A program made the translations under genes and the position numbers. A stretch of 64,000 bases of DNA, from contig CM052837.1 in NCBI GenBank assembly GCA_028534125.1, forward strand, positions 620,001 through 684,000, given 5' to 3'. Below the pieces are notes generated by a model that was not told the origin of the DNA, did not search any database, and saw nothing but the letters and a program-made list of their open reading frames with translations. Position 1 is the first letter of the stretch. Each line of letters begins with the position of its first letter. Shown here piece after piece: positions 44,216-55,440 of the stretch. This DNA is from Lama glama (Eukaryota).

Positions 44216-47200
44216 CTGGAACAAGGGGGCCTGAGGGTCCTCCTTCCTGGAGGCCGCCCCCCGCCCCCCCCCCCCCCCGCCGCAGAGGTGGGCTCCCAGC
44301 GCGGCTGCTGAGGCTGTTTGCACATGCGCGTGGGTGTGCTCGCGCATGTGGGTGTGCGCGTGGGTGTGCACGTGTGTTTTCCTTACTGAACAGTTCTCTC
44401 TCTGCTCTGAGTTGTTTCGAAAAATTTTAAACCTACAGAAACACCGAAGTAATAATTCAAGAATATATATTCAACATCCATATTTACAAGTTAACCAAAT
44501 TTTGCCACATTTGCTCTCCTTATGTGTGTGTATTTAATTTTTTTTTAATAAAAACCTTTTTTTTTTGTGGGGGAGTTAATCAGGTTTATTTATTCTTAGA
44601 GGGAGTGAACCCAGGACCTCGTGCGTGCTAAGCACGTGCTCTGCCGCTGAGCTGCACCCTCCTCGCTGTGATTTCTGAATTGCATGAAAGCTCTCCCCTG
44701 CCCCAAGCCCGCAGCGCTTACTGCCTGCAGGTGTGCCTTTGGGAGTGTGGGGGTCGCCTGGGGAGGCCTGGGGGGCTGCCGCCTCCCTGCTCTCCGGTGG
44801 CACTGCTGCCTGGGGTGAGATTGGGAACCTGGGGGACAGAGAAGTGCTGAGGGTGACGCCCGAGGCTGTGGGGGTGGGTGGGGGCCTGCGTGCCAGGAGG
44901 CGAGACCCCTCTTACCCGCTTCAGGGTGCGATTGGTCTGGAAGTCGCAGTCATCCAGGCTCGGGTGCCCAGTCTTCTTGCAGGTGGTTCTCCCAATGTCC
45001 ACGTCCAGCATGAACTTCAGGCCTTTCACTACCTGAGGGGACAGAGCCGGGTCCCAGGTCCAGGACGGACGGCTGCAGCTCCTCCAGCAGCAGGACGTGG
45101 CCTGAGACGGGGGAGGGGGGGAGGTAGGGAGCGAAGACCGGGGTCTGGGCCCCTGGAACCTGATGCTGGCCGCTCCACTGCACAGAATGCCCACTATGAC
45201 GGTGACTGCATCCTGCTCTCCGCTTGCGGTCCCCGAGGAGAATAAAGATGAGGACGTCACCCTGCATCTCATGACCCAGGGCGACTGTTGTCCTGAGTCA
45301 GCCCGTGGAGCGGCCCCCTGTGCCCAGCTGACACCAGCGCCCCAGTGGGTGAACGCGGAGCTCGCTGACTGGCTGCCCTGGGCCCTGCTTTCAGTGGGTG
45401 ACTGTCCCGTCACTGTCCTGGGCCCTTGCTGACGTGTGTGCTCGGGACCGAGGATGAGCCTGGCCTGGCTGCCCTGGGGGCCCTCCTGGGATGGGGGGGC
45501 TGAGCTGCCTGTACAGGGTCGCTGAGGAGCCTTGGGACCCTGCAGGGTGTGACGCCTGTGCAGGGAAAGGGCAGCTGCAGGCGGGGAGCCCAGACCCACC
45601 TGGACGAGGGCTCTGCGGACTCGCGACTCCTTGAACAGGAAGACGTCGTTGGAGCAGTTGTTGAACCTCTCGGCGCTGTGTCTGGCCGCCCTGAGGACGT
45701 CTGGGTTGTCGGTCTTGATGGTCTTGGGGAACCCTGGCTTCACGCCTGAGTGAAGGACCTGGGAACACGAGTCTGGAAGAGAAGCAGGCAGATGAAAGCG
45801 TTGCTAGGAGCGTGGCCCCCGCCCGTCCGCCCCGCACCCCAGGGCATCCGCCGTGCACCCCCGTGTTGGCTCCGCGCTCAGAGCCGAGGGCCGGTGTGGT
45901 GGGCGGCGCAGTGTGCGCCCACACGGCCCCTCTCAGGACCCGGTTACTTCCCGCGGTTCGAGAAACCTGGACACGCCGCCGGGACCAGAATGAGCCTCGT
46001 TGGGGGGGGGGGCCTCGGTCTTCAGAGGGCCCCTCCACCCAGCCTTCGAGGCTGCCCTTTGGCTCTGGCCCCTCAGCTCGTCCCCAGCAGGTGGCCGCGG
46101 GGCAGTGCCCCCAGGCGTGTGGGCCACAAGTGGGCGGGGACTTTTCTTCTGGGCCCTCGGGTGACTTGACCTCAGGCTTCTTATTCTCAGTTTTCCTGCA
46201 GCAGTCGTGGACCCCTCGTGTATTAACATAATAAAGTTTGAGGAGAGATCTAAAATTATGGGGGTGGGAGGAAGGGAAGAGAGTTTTTGGCTTGCAGACG
46301 CCTCCTCTTTACTGAGACTTCCCCAGGTTTTACTGAGATGCTCTCTTGCAGAGGTGACCGGGGCTGGCTTGTCCCCGGCAGGCGGCCAGCTCAGCTGTTT
46401 TCTGTCGCTGACCGAGTGGAGCAGCACGTGGGGAGGGGTGGGCGGGGCTGAGGCTCTGGGGTGGACCGCTGCCGTCCGGGGAGACATGGGGTCCCTGGCT
46501 GTGAGGAGATCTCAACTTTTGGGCGGATAACAGCGCGTGTGTTCAACAGGTGAAGCGGCTTGAGTAGAAGGCTTTCTCGGGCTGATCTGGGGCGTCCCGT
46601 GGGGGACAAGGAGCCCCAGTGTGGGGCTGATGGGTGGAGAGGAGGGCCTGAACCTTGAGCTTGGGGTGGGGATGAGGGTCAGTGGGCTGGGCGCAGGGTT
46701 GGTGACACGGACAGTCCGCGGGCTCCAGCTGGGGTTGGTCAGGCAGCTGGCACGTGTCCCCGGTGGCCACCTGGCTCACGGGTCACGGTGGGGGGAGTGC
46801 GGCAACACCCCAGCCCAGCGGAAGGTCTTGCCAGGGTGTCTGAGCCCATCAGCTTATCTGAGCGAGGGTCCTGGAGGAGGCCGTGTCCACCCACGAAGCC
46901 CTTCTCAGAAATGGATGTCTGACGCGAGGGCGGCACACTGAACCCCCGCCCAGCGCGCCACGTGCAGCCCACCTGAGGGTCTCCTCTCCGTGTGGCGGAG
47001 CGGCGGAGGGGCGCTGGGAGTGGGCAGAGGGAGTGTGGCCGGGTCTGTGTCTGGGTTGGATCTGCATGGACCTGAGACCCTGGGGGCCCCGGGTCAGCCT
47101 CTTCCAAAGGGGGCTGGTGCTGCCTGCCTGTGCGGGGCACCTCCTTTTGGGTGGCCCAGCTGGGTCCCAGGGTCGGGGCAGCTGGGCAGGCCCGTCCCCT

Positions 47201-50200
47201 GCGAGAGCACCCCAGCAGGTGCCGCTGTTGCTGGCTGTGCTGTCCCAGAGCGCTGGCCCCACGAGGCCCCGGGCAGCATCTCTGAGACTCCACCGCAGCC
47301 GTCCGGCCCTCGAGTGACATCCCCATCCGCTGGGCTGTGCTGGGCGGGCGCTGGCTCAGGTCTGCCGTTGACAGGAAGTCCAGTGTGGTTTTCAGCTTCA
47401 GCTTCCTGGAAAACAGCTTGAACCTGCCCATCAGGTGGTCTGAGCAGCAGACTGAGAGCCGCCTCCCAGGGGCCGAGGCTCGGGCGGCTGTGCCATCGGA
47501 CGGTCCCCTCGCCCCCCGGGGGTCGCTGTCCACAGCTGGCTGTCTTTGTACGAATTACGTATATTGCCTTCTCTGATTGTAGGTTTATCTGTTTGGTAGG
47601 AAGTTTGAAAAATACAGAAGAGTGTAACAAAACCAGCAGAACTCGCTGTTGGGGTCTGAGGGAGCCACTGACACCTGCGTCTCAGATGCTACCCGTGTGT
47701 GCAGTTTGCCTCGGCGGGCTTGAATGGGATTGTATTAACGAGGTGAAGCTAGCTGAGGCCGAGCCTCTGACGAGCGTCCCTTCAGACGCGTGACCTCAGC
47801 TCCTACGTGATGTTGGTACAGTTGGACGAGGTTCTGAGATCACTGAGGTTGGTTTAGTTTTAACTACATTTCCTGAGACGTAGGCTTCAGTTCAGTAAGA
47901 TTTCACCAGCACAGTTGTCTAAATAAACTAAAACCCCGTTTTTAATTTAATGTTGAAAAGTCAAACCTGTTTTCAGGGTGACCCTTCAGAAGACGACAAC
48001 AGGGGAGGGCTGGTGCAGAGCCAGCAAAGGAGGGTCTCCTCCCGGAGGAAGACAGACGGCCCAGGCCCGGGGCGCAGCCAGGGAGCCCGCACCCCAACCT
48101 GAGGCGGAGGTCTGGGGGCTCTTCTCCCACGTCTGTGGGGGCCGCGTGTCCCCCTTCTCCAGGGAGGAGCTGAGGCCTCCAAGGGGCGGGTTTAACCCAG
48201 GTTTGACAGGTTCTAAGGACCTAACCTTTTTATCTCATTCAAGAAGTACTTCTTGGTGGTGGTGCTGTGGGTGACGCCATGTGCTCAGAGTCGTGGGCGG
48301 TGTGGGGCACAGTCCAGGAGGGGAGGACTGTGACAGTGACACTAACCTGGCAGGAGGAGGGATGCTGGGGTGGGGACTAGTTAGAAAGCACGGAAGTGGG
48401 CAGGGTGTGGGGAGGGCAAATCTGACATCCCCTAGCTGGAGGCTGGGTGCGGGGGTGAGAGGGGGTCGTGACTCACACTGTGGCTGCTGGTGGCCTGGTC
48501 AGGAGGAACAGAAAATTCTTCTGCGTCACACAACGCTGGCGTCCGGGGGGGGGGGGCCGGGCAGCTCAGAGAAGTGGACTTCTCAAATGAGTGGGACTCC
48601 CCACCTTCCCCTGCATGATGGGGGGTGGGGACTGTGGCCCAGAAAGGCGCAGGAAGAGAGGGGTGGGCGGACCCCCACAGGGTGGGACAGGCTGAGCCAG
48701 GAAGGCTGGTCTTGAAAAAAATGACTCAGACCGCAAGAGATGGGGGCTGGGACTTGGGGAGATTAGGGTGACAGCGGCGCTGAAGGGGGTATGTTGCCCC
48801 CTACCCGGGAACAGTGTGCAGGGCGGAGGCCCAGCTTTCCCAGGGCTGGTAGACTCTCCCTGGGGCAGGGACATTTAGAGTCTCAAACATCAAGCAGGTG
48901 GAGCTGGCCCCAGGGCAACAGCATGGGACCAGCCTTTGGCAGATGCTTCTCGCCGGCCCTGGAACAGCTTGGTCTTGCCGCAGGAACCAGCACACCTGGG
49001 GCTCCGCAGGCCCCTGGGCTGCACCTGGCCCCAGTGAGATCACCCCCAGTCCCCAGTCCCGACTCGAGGGGGTCAAGGAGTCTCTCGTCTCCCTGGTGAT
49101 CAGGATGGGAAGCAAAGCTTAAGGAAACATTCTGCTGTTTCTTGCTGAAAAGTGTAACTTTCCATGTAAATCACGGTGGTTCCTCCCCCAGCTCCTGTCC
49201 TGTCCCGCCCCACACCGTCTCCTTCACAGCTGACTCTGGCCCCACGGACGTCGGACGTCGATGTGCCGGGCTCTGCTCGCCCTCCCCGGGTGGGCACTGA
49301 TCCTCCACTGGTGTGTGTGTGCTTCCCAGAGACACTGTCGATCAGACCGGGTCCATGGTTGAGCAGGTTGATGCCAGAGCTTGGGGGCACAGTCAGAACC
49401 TCGGGGACAAGGCCAGAGCAGTGAGAGCTGCAGCCAGAGGTGCCTGTGTCTGCAGGTCAAAGAGGATTTAGCCTGCCCTGGAATTACCACCAGGTGTGCA
49501 GCTCACGTCCCAGAAGCGCTGTGGACAGCTGCTTCCTGACAAAGAGCAGCTGGTAGTGAGGGTTTTTGGTAAATGTCTCTCAGTTTGCTTTTCTGAAAAA
49601 CTAAGGCACGTGGGACTCATGCCCCGCCTGGGGCGCGGGCCCTGCCTCTGCGCACTGAAGCCCAGCGGAGACACTGAAGCCTGGCGGGGCCGAGCCCTGT
49701 GGAGAGTCCTGCCCCTCCCCCGGCCCGAGACCTGATGAGCTGCCCTTGGGGGAGTTCCTGGTGTGGCGGGGGTGGGGGCTGCTCGGCCTGTTCCTGTTTC
49801 AGGAGTGTCCTAGGTGTGCCCAGGGAGGTGGGGGGGCCCGAGGAGGGAACCAGGGTGCTTCCCTGCCAGAGGCCCTCCCTGTGTCCCCGGGTGCATTCCT
49901 TGGGGGGCTGCTGCCCCGCCAGTGTCACAGGGCCCTTGAGTGGGCGGGGTCCTGAGCTCACAGTAGGAGGGCTGTGCCCAGGGCCTGGGGTGCTGGGGTC
50001 CCCTGCCCACCCAGAGCCTCCCCTGAGCCCCGCCCCTCACGCGACACCAGAACTCAGTGAGCTGGTTCTTGCCCTTAACTCCATCTGAGGAATGAGTAGC
50101 CCATTGTTTTGAGGACACACGTCCACTGGCACAAACAGGGTGCTGGTCAGTCCCAGCCTTAACCCACTGCGACGCGTCCAGAGTCTGAGTACCAGCTCTG

Positions 50201-51883
50201 CCTCCCAAAGGCTGTGCAGTCTTGGGGAGGCTGCTTCACCTCTCTGAGCCTCCATGTCCTCATCTGTACACGGGGGTGACAGTGGCCCCGACCCCACAGG
50301 GAGGTGGTGAAAATGCACGAGACCGTCCACGGGAAGGTCTGGTTGATGAGGGGTGTGCCGTGGTGCCGTCAGATGTGCACCATGGCTGAGGGCAAACCAG
50401 TGTACCCCCAGAACAAAGAAATCTCTAAATGCAGACAGTGGGTCAGTGGCCCCCTCGTGGACCTCCCTCACTGGGGGTGGTCTCTGGGCACTTCTCGCTC
50501 CTGCCCCGGCCCCAGGCCCTGCCCAGGCGGCCATGGTGGGAAGATGGGCCACTGCGAGCTCGGCTGGGGGCTTCCTGCGAGAGATGGCAGTCAGGTTGAG
50601 AAAGAAGGGCTTTCTTTCCCTTTTCAACGGAAGGCTGGGGGGTGAAGAAATCGATGCAGCAACTTCCCAGGTCTGAGGGGCTCGGCAGGGAGGCTGCGGG
50701 GCTCTGTGCTGGGGTCAGTGCCGTTCAGCACCGAGGTGGGGGAGGCCAGCTGCCCAGGAGCAATGCCTCCCCCTGTGGAAAGCTCTGGAACCTGTTCTCA
50801 GGAGACTGGGGTCTGGGGCTGAGCTCCTGCCCCTGCTCGACCACCAGACAGGGCCTCCAAGCCTCTCTACGGACAAGGGCTGGGGGCCTTCGCTGGGGCT
50901 GTCACCTGTCACACACAGGAGCCACAGAAAGGGTCCCTGTGGCATGGGAGCCACCGGCCAGCAGAGGCCCAGCATGGGGTTGCGGGTGGACGGCACAGTG
51001 GACGGCAGGGTTGCCATCCGAGGCAGCCTCCCCAGGGCCCAGGGGTGCCGTGATTTACCCGCTTCTCGGGTGGTAAGAAGGCAGCTTGGGCAGGCTCCAG
51101 GCCCCAAGGCCCCCGCGTGGGGTGTGGACTCTGGACCCTTGTCCATCTGGGCTTTGCTATCCAGAGTAGGTCCGACCAGGCTGGGGGTCCTGTGCCAGCC
51201 AGAGGGGCTGCGGCAGGGGAGGCAGGTGCGAGAGTGGGTTGGTGATGGTGTCCTGCCCGGACGCCGGTCACCTGTGGCCTGGCCCAAGCCCCCTTCAAAG
51301 AGGGAGGAGGGCAGAAGCCAGCTACAGTCTGGGGGCTGTCCCTGCCCACTGGTCACTTTGGCCCTGAGCACCAGCTTCCTGGTGTGCAGGTGCTCGTGGG
51401 CTGTGTGACCTGGGCAAATCACCTAATGTCTCTGTGCCAGAGTTACCTGGCCCACAGGCAGCGGCTCCCCTCCTCCCCTCCTCCATGGCAGGAAGGACAA
51501 AGGCTTAGGGTCCTTCTAGCCAAGTCACAGCACAGCATTGGAGGCAGGAAGGATGCGCCATCAGATGGAAACCGCCCGACCGCTACCCTGCACGCTGTCC
51601 CCGCAGGGAGCCGTGGGGACCACCTGCAGACCTCAGGAGCGCTGGGACAGATGCTGCCCCGGTCCCGGGTGGTCCAGACCCCCACCTCTGAATGGTGCTC
51701 CCCACAAAGGCAGCCACTGTCTGGTCCCCTGGAATGTGACTTGGGAACACGGGTGGGGTCGCGGAATAAGCTCAGCACCCCATGTGGCAGGGAGACCCCC
51801 CTCTTCCTCTTACCTTGAGAAGGACCCCCCGTGGCACCCAGGACCAGGCTGCAGACGGTCAGCAGCACCCAGGCTGGACACAT
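44138..51883 (-). CDS. CST7: CST7 cystatin F (leukocystatin), complete, 145 aa: complement(join(44138-44215,44916-45032,45600-45772,51814-51883))
   Basis: Signal peptide MCPAWVLLTVCSLVLGATGG, QVVKG (QxVxG) and VPW cystatin motifs, the two extra dimer-forming Cys (DSCSQ, NNCSN) typical of cystatin F, N-glycosylation sequons NCS and NRT. 438 nt, GT-AG junctions. Confidence 0.97.
44536..44664 (-). mobile_element. Camelid-type tRNA-derived SINE in CST7 intron 3, internally deleted
   Basis: Minus strand reads GAGGGTGCAGCTCAGCGGCAGAGCACGTGCTTAGCACGCACGAGGTCCTGGGTTCACTCC then an A-rich tail. Confidence 0.8.
44916..45032 (-). CDS. CST7: CST7 exon 3 (VVKGLKFMLDVDIGRTTCKK...NRTLKR)
   Basis: cccctcag| acceptor, CGG|gtaaga donor, 117 nt. 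Confidence 0.95.
45600..45772 (-). CDS. CST7: CST7 exon 2 (SCSQVLHSGVKPGFPKTIKT...RALVQ)
   Basis: ctcttccag| acceptor, CAG|gtgggt donor, 173 nt. Confidence 0.95.
50185..50360 (+). mobile_element. MIR relic in CST7 intron 1
   Basis: cttcacctctctgagcctccatgtcctcatctgtacacggggg is a MIR core. Confidence 0.7.
51814..51883 (-). CDS. CST7: CST7 exon 1 coding part (signal peptide)
   Basis: acagccATGT start, AAG|gtaaga donor, 70 nt. Confidence 0.92.
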
Positions 51884-51959
51884 GGCTGTGCGCAGGGCCG
51901 TCTGGGCAGGGGCGCCGGCAGCGAGGTGGTGGGGGAGCCCCGCCCCGCGAACCGCCTGC

Positions 51960-52170
51960 CGGGGGCGGGGATGGCGGTTTCTTGCTGCGTCCTTTTGGCC
52001 AGAAGCTTCGCCTCCACATCTGCCAGCTGTAAACTCAACCGCTTCCTTTGTGAAAGTTTCCAGATGGGAGATTGTCTGCAGGCGTTGGTGAGAGCTGTGA
52101 GCAAAGCCTCCGTGACTTCTGCCCTCGAGGCACGTGGGAGAGACCTTGCAGCAAAATAAGTGAGCAGGGG
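51960..52170 (-). promoter_or_regulatory. CST7: Putative CST7 proximal promoter (ETS, C/EBP, NFAT-like and E-box sites)
   Basis: ETS core (cttcc 52042-52046), C/EBP-type TTGTGAAAG 52048-52056, TGGAAA on the - strand 52057-52062, E-boxes at 52017, 52024 and 52061, all about 130-180 nt upstream of the ATG. Confidence 0.55.
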
Positions 52171-52769
52171 TTTTCAGAAGCACAGCCGCTTGGGGTTCCT
52201 CCTCCCCAGGACCAGGTTCTGGGACCTGAGGGCCCCTGCAGGGGGCTGTCCTGCTGGTGTGACTGGGCGACTCTCCCTGAAAGTGGCAGGAAAACCGAGT
52301 GCGGACTGGGATGCAGGGGCCGGCCACCGCGGGGCCTGGAACCGGAGGAGGGCAGGGTTTGCTGAGGGGTGATGGGCCACCTCCCACCTTTGGCTCAGGG
52401 TCCCGGCGCCCTGCCCGGCATGGTCCACGTGCCCCGCAGTGGTGAGGAGGGGTCCGGAGCGCTGCCTCTACGCTCTTGGGTGACCCTAGCGAGGGCTCCG
52501 AGCCTCAGTTCCCCAGGTGGGCTTGTGCTGAGGACCTGGGGGCCTCACACCGAGCACGGCCGGGGGGCGGGCTGCCCTGTGCTCAGGGCCTTGACCCCAC
52601 AGTACCTCGGGGGTGGGCGGTCACTGCTGCCTGTCCTCAGTGCTGCGGGTTGTTCTCGCTTTCAGAAGCACCGCGTGGGTCTCAGAGCAGGTATGGGTCT
52701 GTGCCCTGTCCTCTGCGGACCAGCAAAGGCCCAGGGTGGGGAAGGAGCTGGGGTGAGAGCAACGTTACT

Positions 52770-53180
52770 GGTCCCTGGGGCTGTACGTGTGCTTGTGGGG
52801 GGGGGGTGCCCAGGCATTTGGTCAAACATGGTTCTGTGTGGGTCCATGAGAGTGTTTCTGGGGTAGATCAGTATCTGAGCCTGGAGACGGACTAAGGCAC
52901 TTGGCCCTCCTGGTGTGGTGGGCCGCATCCGATCAGTGGACGGCCTGAACAGCGCTGAAGGAAGAAGAGGAGGAAGAGCGCTGTCTCTGCCTGACCGCCT
53001 TCCAGCCCGGGGGCCAGTCTCCCCCAGCTTCAGACTCGACTCAGAGCTGCGCCCCTGGCTGGCCTGAGTCTGGACTTGCCAGCCTCAGCTCCTTGTAGTA
53101 AATTAAATCTCTTCACACCACTGCCCCTGCTCCCCGCCCGGCACCTGCTGGTTCTGGTGCCGGTTCTCTGGAGAACGTGT
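52770..53180 (+). mobile_element. MLT2 (ERVL) LTR relic about 0.9 kb upstream of the CST7 ATG
   Basis: gggtgcccaggcatttggtcaaacatggttctg...gtgtttctgg...gcatccgatcagtggacggcctgaacag, ending in ggttctctggagaac. Confidence 0.75.
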
Positions 53181-53864
53181 GTGCCTGGGCCTGTCTGTGT
53201 GTAAGTGTGTGTGGCTTGTGTCTGCGTGTTCACGTGTCGGTGTCTGCGTGCGTTACTGTGTGCGAGCCTGTTACGTGCACTGTTTCTGCCCCGTCCGCGG
53301 CCTGACTGCTGGGGGGTCGTGGGCTCTGTCCCGAGTCCTGCTCATTCATTTGCTGGTCTGTTCCTGACTCACTCGTCCTGCCCCCGCCTCCTGCTTGAAG
53401 GGCGGTCCCCAGGCCAGAGGGTCAGCACTCCCTGGGAGCCTGATGGAGAAGCAGTCTTGGGCCCTCCCCCAGACCTCGGATCCGACTCTGAGTGGGGCCC
53501 AGGAGTCAGTTTCACAAGCCCCCCAGGAGGCCTTTTTGCCTCCAGGGTTAACTGTCTCGGCCTGGAAGGTCACTGGAACCCATGACGTCCTCCTGGCCTC
53601 CAGGGTGTGCCCACTGCTGGTTGGCCAGACCGGCCGGGTCTCTCGGCTGTCCTTCCCCAGCCACCTGGCCACGTGGCCGAGGAGCGAATGGGACACCCAA
53701 GCTGTCCTGATGCTGCCGAGTCCCAAGCGTCCTGCCCCGTCTCTCCATGTGGGCTGGGAGCCCGGGGCTCTGCCAGCAGAGGCTGCTCGTTAGCTCTGAC
53801 CACAGAGGTGGTGGTGGTGCGAGGGCATGTTGACAGCACCCTCTGTCCCTCCCGGGCCCTTTTC

Positions 53865-53935
53865 TCAGCTGTCCTGCACTGTCATTTGACAGTCAAGGAA
53901 ACTGAGGCACAACGGGGTGAGAAACTGTGGGAGGT
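53865..53935 (-). mobile_element. MIR fragment
   Basis: catttgacagtcaaggaaactgaggcaca. Confidence 0.6.
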
Positions 53936-55271
53936 TCTGCAGAGCCAGGTGGGCAGTGAGGCCCCGGCCCCTGTCCTGCACCCATGTCCCCGCCTTGGCG
54001 CAGGGCCTGAACCTGGGGCTGCCTGTGCTGGCCCTACCCTCACGGCCAGCCCGGAGGCGCCAGCTCTGCCACAGGGTCTCTGATGGTGGCAAGCGTGCCG
54101 GCATGGCACCGGGTGTGACTGTTGGCAAAAGTGTCACAGAGCCTTGCAGGGCCGGGAGAGGCGCCTGAGGGAAGGGTCTGGGGGGTGTGACTTTCACGCA
54201 CCTAAATGCTGTACGGAATGAACACAAAGCCGCTTGTCCCCGGGGAGGACTCTCTGACGGGCTTGTGACACCTCTGTGTCCTGCTCGTTCTTCATTTTCT
54301 CAAGGCCTCATGGTCATCGGGGTGGTGGGCTACACTTTGTCGTCTGGACCTGTCTCTGTGAAGAGCAGCGGGCGACCTGCAGAACCTTGTCCACACGGTG
54401 GCGCTGTGACCCAAGAAATGAGCAGGGCCATGACTGGGGACTTCACCTCAGCTCTGGGACCCCTACTCGAGCCGCCCTTGGCCCCTCTAGGGAAACGCAG
54501 TTCTCAGCCTGAGGTGTGGGCGGGGGGGGGCGCGTCCCGGTGGATCTTGGGGCTTGTGTGGACACCGCTGTCCTCGAGGTCTGGGATGTCCTTGGGAGGA
54601 CCCTCAGGCTGGGGCCTGGGATCACCTGGTTGTTGGCAGGCTCCCTGGGGCCGTCGGTGTAGTGGCCGGGTTCTAAGAGTGAGTGTCCCCAGAATCCAGG
54701 CAGCCACCCCCGTGTACAAGTCAGCTTTCAGAGTCACTTGGTGCTTCTGCCGTAACAGCCGACCTTCCTAGATTCAAAGGAGGGGGAGGGGAGAGAGCAG
54801 ACCCCCCCCAGCACGCTCGTGTCCCCGTAAGCAGGGCGTGTGGGGGACGTGTTGTCGTGAGCGTCTTTGGAAGTTACCTGCCTCACGTGGGTCCAGAGGG
54901 ATTTGAGGTCTGAACCTCTCTGGAGGGGACCCGTCTCCCTGACTTCACCCTGCAGCTGCGGTGCTGGGCAGGGCCGGGGCCGGGGCCGAGCAGTATGCAC
55001 AGGGGCCCTGCAGCCCAGCAGTTCAGCAGCGACTGACAGCAGCTGCTGGAGTGCGTTGTGATCGGCCCACGTCCGCTCAGTTTGTTATGAGGTGGGCAGG
55101 TGACTTGAAAGACGTGCTCTGTGGTTGGAGGAGGACAGGTGTCTCCTGTTTGTCCATCCCACTGTATGTGTAGCCCCCCAGAGCTGCTGTGGCCTTCTTG
55201 CTATAGGAGAACGCTGCTGAACTTTCTAGTTCCCATAAAGGCCTGGTCTGGCCTCTGATACCTCGTTACCT

Positions 55272-55440
55272 AAGGTTGCCAGTTAAAATACAGGGCACTC
55301 AGTAAACCTGAATTTCAGAGAAAACAAATACATTTTTAATAAGTATATCCTAAATTTTGCATGGGAAATACTTATATTAAAATCATTCATTCTCCAACAT
55401 TTAAATTCCCTGAATTTTGATGTGCTAACCTGGCAGCCCC
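55272..55440. mobile_element. MER53 palindromic MITE
   Basis: Ends aggttgccag...ctggcagccc. Internal aaaatacagg...gaatttcaga and a central palindrome taagtatatcc...gggaaatactta. Confidence 0.8.

Noticed and set aside
51884-52387. 168-codon in-frame N-terminal extension of CST7 (ORF 51443..52387)
   Set aside because: It starts at GTG, has no upstream in-frame ATG, and crosses the probable promoter. The ATG at 51883 directly opens a signal peptide.
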